From positions 1,125,410 through 1,189,409 of the forward strand of contig NW_003314265.1 in the NCBI RefSeq assembly GCF_000143415.4: a stretch of 64,000 bases of DNA, read 5' to 3'. Positions 12,556 through 23,280 of the stretch are shown here, piece by piece; within the stretch, counting starts at the first letter, position 1; every line of letters begins with the position of its first letter. Below the pieces are notes generated by a model. It saw only the letters and a list, made by a program, of their open reading frames with translations. It did not search any database and was not told where the DNA came from. Made by a program: the position numbers and the translations under genes. Origin of the DNA: Selaginella moellendorffii. Lineage: Eukaryota > Plantae > Lycopodiophyta.

Positions 12556-13578
12556 GGTCCGATTTCAACTCTTAGATCTTTGCAATTAACCAGTGTGTGG
12601 AAAAATCTCAAATGATATTGTTTAAAATCATTACAGAGCTGTCTCTTCTATCCTCACGAAATCCATCTTGGTCGCCACAACACTCAAAAAAAAGAAAAAA
12701 AAACACAAAACACAAAACAAAACAAAAAGAGTTAAGAGACAACTGAAGAAAACGAAAACCTGGTAAGAGTTTCTCGTCCTCGTTCTCACGAACAGCACAA
12801 ACACTGCCCGTTGATGGGGTTGAGACACAAGGAAAACGAGTTAGGCAAAACCGAAGAGAATTCTAACCTGGTAAGATGGAGCTTCCCGTTCTCTCCTTCC
12901 TGTCGGCTTTGTGTCTTGCATCGTTGTTTTCATGTGATCACAGCGTTGTCCAGTGATCACCGTGCTTCCTACCTGGCTTCACCCTCCTGTCGCGTTTTAG
13001 TCTTGAATCGTTGGTCGACAAATATTTCTGTCCTGTACTCATTCTCGTCTTCCTATCGAGTTTTAGTGTCTTGGACCGTTGTTTTCATGACGCGTGCATC
13101 CTTCTTATCATCGTTGAAAGTAACTTGTAGTCTAGAAAGTTGAACTACACTTGATTTGTTTTGCGTTGTCCAGTGACCATTGCGACTGTTCAGTGATCGC
13201 AACTCGTATAATTCTTGTTTACGTAGAGCACGGTGCGAAAATCTCTTTTTAAGACTGTTTAAATCAAACTATCTCATGGTTTGAAAACCAAGCATTGTTT
13301 CATCGTTATATTGTGAGGGTGAAGAGATGTGTGAGCGAGCACTGCAGCAGCCTTGGGCTTGACAGTGTTGTTATGTGATCACAACTCGTGTCCTTTTCTC
13401 TGTTGAGCAGTGTGAAAATCTTGTTTAGTTCTAAATCACACTGAATCTTAAGACCTTGTCAAAGTGAGGGTTGTTACATCTTTGTCTTGGCTTGCAATTT
13501 CAAGTTTATCTCTAGAGCACAAACTGTTCTCTCTTGAATCTTAAGATGAATATTGTCAAGTGTCTAACTTTAACCAAC
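12556..13578 (+). repeat. Arm A of a ~1 kb inverted repeat
   Basis: Reverse complement of 15038-16108. The ORF track gives near-identical peptides on opposite strands (12631..12828 vs 15782..15970). Confidence 0.95.
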
Positions 13579-13579
13579 A

Positions 13580-13930
13580 TATTTTAAGGAGATATAAAAG
13601 TGTAGCAGCTTTAGGCCTTCTTTGCTAAAGCTTTGTTTTGCATGTTAGTTTTGGCATTGGGATGTTAAATGTTTTACAATTGTTCCAATGTTACTCAATA
13701 CTTCTACTTTTTTATTCTTTGGGTTGTGCATTTAAAAGTTGTTCTGTGCTTTAGTTCTTTTGTTTATTAGTTGTATGCTCAAGAGTTTGACTATGTCTTT
13801 TTGTTTAGTGGCCTAAGGTTTTGAAATTTGAATTCCACTTTGTTACCTTTGGTTGTTTAAAAGTTAAAGTTCCTGGATATCTTATAGTAAATTACTTTAA
13901 AAAAAAAGTGAAAACTATGTGTATTACAAT
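13580..13930 (+). repeat. Old dispersed repeat family, copy 2
   Basis: Similar to 7150-7520. Confidence 0.55.
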
Positions 13931-15037
13931 CTAGAAAACAACCAAAGGCATTGCATGACTATATTAGCCCTTTGGTATTGGATGCTGCTACAAAGATGCA
14001 TTGGAGCTAGGTGAGCTCGTGGAGGTTGAATTAATGTTCATCTTTCAATGGTTGATATCAAAATTATTAAGATGCAATGAGTTTAGTGTGGAAATTTAAC
14101 ATGTTTTTGATAGACTAGATTTAGAGTATTTAAAGAAAAAAAAAGTTAATAAAGATATTTATGATAATAAATTTTTTGGCAAATGTTTATGTCATTAAAT
14201 TTCTAAAGAGAGGTTTACCACATTTTAGTAATACTTAATAAATAATACAAAGTAAAACATATTAATTATATTGATAATATTTTATGTGTAGAAATACCTA
14301 ATCCCAATGAAGATTCAAAGTTATACAAGTTGGTGGAAAAACATATGATACATAGCCCTGTGGATCTGGATTTTCAAATAATCCTTGTTATAGAAATAGT
14401 GAATGTAAATCTAACTATCTTTAAGATTTTTCATGAGAAACTAAAAGTATTAGTGATCAATTTCCACAATATAAATGACAATAGCATAGGTATTATATAC
14501 ATATTGGGACCAAGAAAATAGATAATCATTCAACATAACAAATTATCAAATAATCAAACAACATAATGCATGCATTTATTATTTAAAAAAAAACTTTTAA
14601 TGATATGCCCCACCATACAAAAGCTACAACTGAATTTATGGCAAGTCATTTAAAGCATTTTGACATGCACTATAAGGAGAAGTTGGCATTTCTATTGAAG
14701 CTCATTAATATCAAGCAAAAGAGAAACCATAATGAAGAAGAAAGAAGAGTAGTTCTATATATAAGGATTTTTTATGGATTGAAATTCATAAATTATAGTC
14801 ATTAAAATGTCTTATTGCTTCAGCAAAGTGATAATAATTTATAGTGGCTACATTACTAAGTATCATATAATAAAATATACCTATAATGGTAACATATTTT
14901 GTATTAAGAATATTCGCTGGAAATACGGCATAACAGAATCTGTCATTTAGGGCTCATCATTTCTGAGGTTGGGGTCGCACTGCGGAGCTCTGGCCGGGAA
15001 GGCCCGAAGCCGCTGCACTCGCATCGCCTCAAGGTAC

Positions 15038-16108
15038 GTTGGTTAAAGCTAGACACTCGATAGCCGAGACAACGATGACAACACTCGTCTTAAGATTCGA
15101 GAGAGAACAGTATGTGCTCTAGGGAATAAACGAGTGGAGTGAAAATTGCGTGCCAAGACAAGGATGTAACAACGCTCGCTTTGACAAGGGTCTTAAGATT
15201 CAGTGAGATTTAGAACTAAACGAGATTTTCGCACTGCTCAATGTATAACAACACTGTCAGGCCCGAGGCCACTGCACTGCTCGCTCACACATCTCTTCAC
15301 CCTCGCAAGTTCAAAATTGGGGAACCAATATAACGATGAAACAACGCTCGGTTTTCAGACCTTGAGATAGTTTGATTTAAACAGTCTTAAAAAGAGATTT
15401 TCGCACAGTGCTCAACGTAAACAAGAATTATACGAGTTGCGATCACTGAACAGTCGCAATGGTCACTGGACAACGCAAAACAAATCAGACTACAAGTTAC
15501 TTTCAACGATGATAAGAAGGATGCACGCGTCATGAAAAAAACGGTCCAAGACACTGAAACTCGATAGGAAGACGAGAATGAGTACAGGACAGAAATGTTT
15601 GTCGACCAACGATCCAAGACTAAAACTCTGAAGCCAGGTAGGAAGCACGGTGATCACTGGACAACGCTGTGATCACATGAAAGCAACGATCCAAGACACA
15701 AAGTCGACAGGAAGGAGAGAACGGGAAGCTCCTTCTTACCAGGTTAGAATTCTCTTCGGTTTTCCCTAACTCGTTTTCCTTGTGTCTCAACCCCATCAAC
15801 GGACAATGTTTGTGCTGTTCGCGAGAACGAGGACGAGAAACTCTTACCAGGTTTTCGTTTTCTTTAGTTGTCTCTTAACTCTTTTTGTTTTGTTTTGTGT
15901 TTTGTGTTTTTTTTTTTTTTTTTTCTGGTGGGACGAAAACCGAGGTTTGCATCACGAAGAAATGCAGTGAATGCCCTGAGTGTTGTGGCGACCAAGATGG
16001 ATTTCGTGAGGATAGAAGAAACAGCTCTGTAACGATTTTAAACAATATCATTTGAGACTTTTCCACACACTGGTTTATCGCAAAGATCTAAGAGTTGAAA
16101 TCTGGACC
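15038..16108 (-). repeat. Arm B of the inverted repeat
   Basis: Inverted copy of 12556-13578. Confidence 0.95.
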
Positions 16109-16598
16109 GTTGTTTTCATGACCTTCTTATCGTCGTTGAACAGTACCTTGTAGTCTAGAAAGTTGAACTACACTTGATGTTTTTTGCGTTGACCATTGCG
16201 ACAGTGATCACGAAAATCTCTTTTTAAGAATCAAACTGATTTCAATCGAGCGTTGTTTCATCGTTATATTGGGTGTCCCAATTTTGAACTTGCGAGGGTG
16301 TAGAAATGCATGAGCTAGCAGTGCAGCGGCCTTGGGCCTGACAGCGTTGTTTGAGTTGTGATGTGATCACAACTCGTGTCCTGTTTCTACGTTGAGCAGT
16401 GCGAAAGTCTCGTTTGGTTCTAAATCACACTGAATCTCAAGACCCTTGTCAAAGTGTCTTGGCTCGCAATTTTCACTCCACTCGTTTATTCTCTAGAGCA
16501 CAAACCGTTCTCTCTTGAATCTTAAGACGAGCGTCTTGGCTATCGAGTGTCACCTTTGGCCTTCGGTCAATGGGCAGCATAACCTAAATGACAGCTTC
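16103..16598 (+). repeat. Arm C: deletion-riddled fold-back copy of arm B
   Basis: Begins tggaccgttgttttcatgac (same as 13072 onward) and is reverse-complementary to ~14935-15548. Confidence 0.85.
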
Positions 16599-17241
16599 AC
16601 AATGAGGATCGCACTTCGTGTCGCGTCATTGACTACAACCCAAAGATCGAGTGTTCATACTCGCTCCTGGGTTGCTGAGCATTAAGGCCCTGGAACTGGA
16701 GGCATCCAACAAGAGGAATTGGATGTTAGTGATCCCTGGCCACGCAATCTAAAAGCTTTCGCTCGCACAACAACTTTTTGCCTGCTTTACTGGCTGGCAT
16801 TGAGACGAATCGCGGGCGCATTCATCCCTCGGGATGTTCTGTCGCAATCTCGGCTGCCTAAAGAGCGCACAAACACTCACTTAATGGAGATTACTATCAT
16901 AATACGGGGAAAGGGTTGGTGCGCAAAGCTTAATAGATTTGGTAGCCCTGTCCTATCCAATTCAGAGGCATTCAAGACGTAACGGATGCAAATTGCTGAT
17001 TGACTATTTACGAGAAGGAGAGAAGGGAGAGAATAAATCGCTCGCTCGTCTAGCGACCAGCAGCACCCAGGCTCCAGCGAGCAAAGCGATCTAAATAGAG
17101 CTAGGAAACTCGAGTTGATTGATGATAACAGCGCTACGCAAGAATCCGTAGTCCAGAGCCCTATAAACAATCTGTCTTGCGCGTATATGGCAGGAGAGGG
17201 AGGGAAAGGAACTTGAAAAGAAGTTTGTCTCGAATTTGATC

Positions 17242-18678
17242 ATGCAAGACCACTCTGTCTTGGCGATCGCTCTTCTCCTCAATTTCTTGTGTCAAGCTCG
17301 AGCCCAGCTCGCGCCCGCGATCTACGTCTTTGGCGATTCCACTGTGGATGCCGGCAATAACAATTTTCTCCCCACTGTTGTGAGGGCCAATTTCCCACCT
17401 TATGGTCGAGACTTTGATAGCAGTGTCGCCACCGGGAGATTTTGCAATGGAAGAACTTCCACGGATTATCTAGGCAAGTTGGTATTCTTTGCTCTTCTCG
17501 TTTTGTTCTTTGGCTCCGGATCTTTGGATCATGGAATTCCAACTATTCTTTTCCTTTGTCTAAGCTTTTATGATTGAATGTGGGATTTTCTATCACGCAG
17601 CAAACCTTGTAGGACTGCCATACGCTCCGGCTTACTTGGATCCCCAAGCGCAGGGCAGCAGCATTGTCAGGGGCGTCAACTTCGCCACTTCTGGATCCGG
17701 ATTCTACGAGAAAACCGCCGTTCCCTTCGTAAGTCCCATGAACTTCTTTACTTCTTTGATCCCCCATGGTTCTTCTCATGCCTCCTTTCCCAAAATCTCT
17801 GTGAAGTCACTCGCGGAAACATTGTGTCAATCGTTTAACGCAGAATGTGCCTGGCCTCAGTGGCCAAATCGAGTGGTTCAGCAAATACAAGTCGAAGCTC
17901 ATCGGCATGGTTGGGCAAGCCAATGCGAGCGACATCGTCTCCAAGGCGCTCGTCGCGATCAGCACCGGAAGCAACGACTACATCAACAATTACTACTTGA
18001 ATCCCCTCACGCAAAAGATGTTCGACCCGGATACGTACCGCGCCATGCTCATTGAGTCCTTTGCAAACTTCGTCAAGGTAACGAGCAAACTCCACCTCTC
18101 TGGATTGTTTGGAACACACTCTCATCCAAAGCTCTGTTTTGGGTGATTCTCTTTAGGATTTGTATGGGCTGGGAGCTCGACGAATTGCCGTGGTCAGCCT
18201 AGCTCCGCTGGGCTGCGTTCCCTCGCAAGTGACCCTCTTTAACCACGGGGAGCTACAGTGCGTGGAAGATCACAACCAAGACGCCGTGCTCTTCAATGCG
18301 GCCCTCCAGTCCACCGTGAACTCGATCAAGGACGGCTTCCCGGGTCTCAGGCTCGCATACGTCGACATCTACACGCTCTTCACGAACGTTCTCGCCAATC
18401 CAGGGAAATACGGTACGTGGAGAAACAAACTCCCCGATCGAGACCACGCGTTGACAACGTTGGTTTGTTTTGTTCTTTGTGTAGGATTCCAGCAGACGCT
18501 GACGGGCTGCTGCGGAACAGGAAGGTTGGAAGTCTCAATTTTGTGTAACATGCATTCGCCGGGGACGTGCACTGATGCGTCCAAGTACGTTTTCTGGGAC
18601 AGTTTCCACCCTACGGATGCAATGAACAAGCTGATTGCGAACGCAGCGCTCTCGCAAGGGGCTCCACAGCTTCTCTAG
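17242..18678 (+). CDS. GDSL esterase/lipase, secreted, 5 exons
   Basis: Signal peptide plus [33 protein letters not shown] and FWDSFHPT. Exons 17242-17473, 17601-17728, 17844-18077, 18157-18412, 18485-18678. Intron 1 is GC-AG. Confidence 0.95.
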
Positions 18679-18784
18679 GTGGAAAAAGTAAGATTCAGTC
18701 CTAGTCAAGACGTAGTCATCGGGTCAATAAAAGGTCAATAAAGACAAAATGTTGACTAACCCTAAAAAGAGAGGAAAACACATT

Positions 18785-18857
18785 TGGTCCCAGCGAGTTT
18801 CGAACTCGCGACCTTTTGCGTGTAAAGCAAACGTGATGACCACTACACTATAGGACC
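18785..18857 (-). tRNA. tRNA-Val(UAC)
   Basis: 73-nt cloverleaf GGTCCTA...TGGGACCA with anticodon arm TTTGC-TTTACAC-GCAAA and T loop GTTCGAAAC. CAA lies upstream and TTTT downstream. Confidence 0.95.
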
Positions 18858-18944
18858 TTGTTATTAAATACTGGCCGGTCTAGAGGTATTAGTGCGCCAG
18901 TTTATGTTAAGAAATAGCTTCCCGGGGATGGGGATTTAGGGTTT

Positions 18945-19955
18945 ATGGCGCTGCTCCGACGCTACGGGCAGCTCACGGCGGTTCTCCACCAGGTATGGAA
19001 GCCGGTCTGAGATGCATTGCGGTGAATGTGGCTTGAGACTCTAGGGCTCGTGGCGCCAATGCGCCGGGAGGAGCTTCCACTGTGATCGGGTGCTGCGAGA
19101 CGATGAGGCGCCAGACGCTGGGCCTGGCGATGGCGGTGAGGAGCAAGGCAAGAAGCGGGAGTATTTCACGACGGTTTCCAGGAGATACAAAGCTAGAATG
19201 GCCGTGGAGAGGCTGTTCAAGAGAGCTGCTGCCAAGGAGGCTGAAAATGCTGCTTCTGGTGACCAGGAAGCTAAGCCCGATGTTACCACGATTTCGATAG
19301 ATCCAGCTCCGCATGTCAAGACCAAGAAGCTCGGTAAAACTGCGGCTTTTATCATGGAGGTATGTTTCTCTTGTTTTTTACTTTCCTCGCGAGTCTTTGC
19401 GAGTTTTGTGTTGTTTCCTTTGCAGATTCTAAACAAGGAAGCTGTTGCTCAAGCTAAACAAGAGAGAGAGATCCCCGCGCTCAAGCCGGGCTACGTTATC
19501 CGCGTTAAAGTGGTACGTACTCTACTCTATGTAAATCTCTTGATTCTCAACATTTATGATTCTAGGAAGAGCCGCAGAACAAGCGAAGAATCCAAGAGTA
19601 CAAAGGAATTATTATTGCCATGCGAAACAATGGCATACACACCACTTTCAGGCTCAGACGGCAAATCGGAAACACTTTCGTGGAGAATGTTTTGCCACTG
19701 TAAGTTTTTAACTTTTGCCGATGTCCTCTCTTGACATTCCTCTCTCTTTCGCTGCGCAGCTATTCCCCACTTATAAAAGAGTTTGAGATTCTGGACATAA
19801 AGAAGGTGAGAAGAGCTAAGCTCTACTACCTCCGACGCGGGGAGCACAAGCTCAAGTCGCTGAGCATGAAGAAGAGGAAGCTCCTCACCGCGGCCGCCAC
19901 AGGGAAAACAATCACTCCAGAGTTCAAGCTCCCTCCCCCGCCAGCCTCGGATTGA
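18945..19955 (+). CDS. RPL19: Organellar ribosomal protein L19 (bL19), probably mitochondrial
   Basis: IPALKPGYVIRVKV, TTFRLRR and YSPLIKE...KKVRRAKLYYLR. Arg-rich presequence in exon 18945-18992, spliced in frame to 19045. Telo-box tttagggttt sits just before the ATG. Confidence 0.9.
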
Positions 19956-21060
19956 ATTGCAGCAGCACAGCAGCTCATCCATTTATTTTTGTCTGGTGAG
20001 TGACTTTGATCTCTTCCCTTTTTCTCTCCTGCAACAGCAAGGACTGAGAAAGCTTCCATTTTTCTTTTTGTTTTCCTCCTGCAGAGAGTTTTGGTGTGGG
20101 TGTTGCGAGCTTCTCTCTTCCTCACTCATTCACTCGCTCTCTCTTCTCTCATGGGCGGATGGATCAGATCACTGAAAGCGATATCCTGCGGAGAAAAGGT
20201 GCGTCATACTTATTCCGTCGTTATAGCCAGGACCTTTTTGTCAAATCAAATGGAAGTGTCCCTCTCGAGGGGCAAATCCATGTGCTTCCAATTCAATGCA
20301 AGAGGTTGAGCAACACACATCTCTCGCTCCAATAATCAGCACATGAGCAGAGCTAACAAGTTTAGCAAGAGTGCCAACTAAATCATCGAGGGATCTTAAA
20401 AGCTCTGGGGTCAATTTGTCACCAACATTGAGACCCCACACCAAGGTCTCGAGGCATATGCGGTCGTTTTGTGGAGTATATGCCTGTGCGTGCTACTTAA
20501 AAGCATGCGATAGAAATCAAAAGATTCCTCTGTAGTTTTTGTAATGGTCCCCATCGCATGAGTTTCCGTTGCATGTTGGTGTGCGTGCTTCTTTTTTTTT
20601 GTTCTTCTCTTGAGTTCTGCTTTCCACGCTGTGACGCTTCCTCGTGAGCGTTTAAATACTGTTTTGAACGGTTTACAAAGGGGTTGAAGACGGCCTTGGA
20701 GCCCACAAAAACAAGGGCCACAAACAAACAAGCGCCCCAAAGCGCTTTCTTTTCTCGCCATTTTACATTTGCCCACCTAATGGCATTTTGCTTGCTGCTG
20801 ATTCACAGGCATGCCCACTTGATTTCGATCGATGTCTCTCTGGTTGTCGAGTGATCGGCGGCGGTCTGGAGCATGTGGTAGCTATAACATGCAAAGACGT
20901 TTAAAATCTAGAAAACTAAAAACCCCCACAATTGAACAAACACCAACAAGAGGAAAGTGTAGAAGAAAGGGAAACAGCTGCAAACAAATGCCATGGACAC
21001 TTGGCAGCAAAAGTTGGCTGGCGTGATACTGAACTCCTCAGGCGCATCCCCCACACAGAC

Positions 21061-21065
<5 letters not shown>

Positions 21066-21093
<28 letters not shown>
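21066..21093. repeat. (GA)n microsatellite
   Basis: About 14 GA units. Confidence 0.95.
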
Positions 21094-22924
21094 TACATAT
21101 TCTCTATACATACCAGAAGGTGGCACTTCAAAGGAAAAGTCCAGACACAGCAGCCAGACAGGCAGACAGCAGGGCCAGCCAGCCAGCACCAAAGGAGCCA
21201 GTCAAAATGGATGAACTCTAAGCAGCATGGTAGCAAGCAGCAGCAGAAGCAGCAGAAGCCCAAAAAGCAGAAAAGAAGGAAAAGGATGGATAAAATACAC
21301 TTGAAGAAGAAGAGTCCACACTCAAAACACACACAAGCAGACACCAGAGTTTGGTTGGAGGTGACTCTAGCCTAGGTAAAAGATGGTGAAAAAAAGAAGG
21401 GTTTGGCAGTGAGAGGGGAAAAAATCAGATTTGGAGCAGCAAGAGCAGCAGCAGCAGCAGATGCAGGAGCAGGAGCAGTTGCAGCTGTGTTGCAGGTGCA
21501 GGGGCAGCTGCAGCAGCAGGGGAACAACAGATGATTGATGGAGCAAACCTCTTACATGACATGCACTGGGTAAGATAGCATATTCATACGCACCAGCTCG
21601 GAGTATATGCGCGCGTAGCGGTACGTATGCGGCAAAAGTGTGGTCCGTCACGTACTTAACAGCTGATCAGAGAGGAAAAAAGTCCATCTTGTCTGTTTAG
21701 CTAGTCTGATCTCTCTCTAGCTTAAGCTTAACTAATCTTTGTTGGCAGCACTGCCGCTGCTGCTCCAGTTCGTCACAGTTTGCCGCCGGTCGCTGGCACT
21801 GATGCTGAGAGCACCACTGCTGCGTTCTAGCTCTGCCCTATTCTGTTCTAAAGCTCAATCGTAGCACTACCACTGTGGCATCTCAGTACGCCCACAGTGA
21901 GGAGGTGTGTTGTGTCTGTTCGTTTTTGGATAAACTAAAACAATCCAGGGAGAGACAAGCGGGGACAAGCGAAGAGAGGATTATGATGCTGCTGCTTGCT
22001 GGGCGATCTGATCTGGGACGAGAGAGATCTTATCTTACACAGGCCAATTTACGCAGAAGCTAGTGTTTTTTCGTATGAAAATCGAATATCAATGCTAAAA
22101 TGGCTGGCGTCCTTCTTTTCTGGGGGGAGCTTTGTGCTGAAAGAGACTGTGAGAAGGCCTTGTGCTTGGCTATACTTACCAGGACTCTAAAAGTGGTTGG
22201 ACTAGGTAGAAAAAAAGGAATTTCTTTTTTTTCTTCTGTATTTTTTAATGTACCACATAAAGGAGGAGAAAAATGCAGTGAACCTGCTTTTGCTATGGTT
22301 ATGGTGGATCCATTTCCAGACGAAGACGACGAAGCGAGCATTGAATGGAAGCGAGTGTGGTGAAGGAAGAAGTAGCTAGCTAGGACCAAAATTGATAGAT
22401 CGCTGTGGGGAAGGAGAGGGTCTCGCGAGCGAAGAAGTTAAGACCTTTTCCGCGAGCTCGTTTCGTTCTCTCGGAGGTTGGAAGAGGTCTCTCGGTGGCG
22501 CTGGGAGGAAGAAGAGACGCAGCAGTAGCAGCAGCAGCAGCAGCGGCGGCGGCAGTGGACGGAGTCGAAGATTTGTAGCAGCGGTCGAGTGTTGTCAGCC
22601 CGATGATCGGGATCCTGTGCTCGTTGTTTCTTTGCTCGCGACGTTTTACTCCACCGGTGGGTGTCGATTCACTTCATTCTTTGGCTTTCCCCTCTCTCTC
22701 TCTCCCTCTTTTTCTTCGCTTTTTGTGATCTCGGGAGGAAACAAAAAGGAGAGAGCGAGCTAAAGGACGGATTAGAGGGGATAGATCCAAGGAAAAGCTC
22801 TTCTCTTCCCCGTAAGTTAGCTTGTTCCTTTCTTTCTCGTTTTTGGCTGGTAAGATTTCGCTGTTGGGTGAGGACCGATTGCTCTGGGCAGCAGCCAGAC
22901 AGGGGAATTACGAGCTCGCGGACA

Positions 22925-23245
22925 ATGGGTTGCAGCTGGATTGATTGCTACGATGCTGCTGCTCCGACCCACAAGCCGGATTTAATGCTGGGCGAGTGAA
23001 AAGAGAAGAGGAAAGAACAAAGAGGAAAGGAAAGATCTAGGCATAGCCTAGTCCACTGTGGAGCGTGTTTGCTCCACAGGATTGATCCAGGGCTGGGATG
23101 GAGGAGCGAGTCCATCACATCCACCGCTCGTAATGTGCCAGGGAACAAAAGAGGGGAGGAGGAGGAAGAAAATGCCGCTAGGCTCTCGTCCTCTTGTTCT
23201 TGGGGGATGATCGTAAGCTCTAGAGACAGCGCTCTGGGAAGCTAG
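22925..23245 (+). promoter_or_regulatory. Cluster of upstream ORFs and a 9-bp hairpin in the presumed ncARF leader
   Basis: uORFs at 22925-22999, 22953-22985, 23098-23133, 23133-23210 and 23207-23245. Hairpin ctgtggagc/gctccacag at 23056-23079. Confidence 0.6.
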
Positions 23246-23280
23246 CTCGATCACTCTCGGAGGATATAGCATCGATCGAT

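Noticed and set aside
20908-21651. Q/K-rich and Cys-rich ORFs
   Set aside because: Products of GA and CAG simple repeats, mostly with non-ATG starts.
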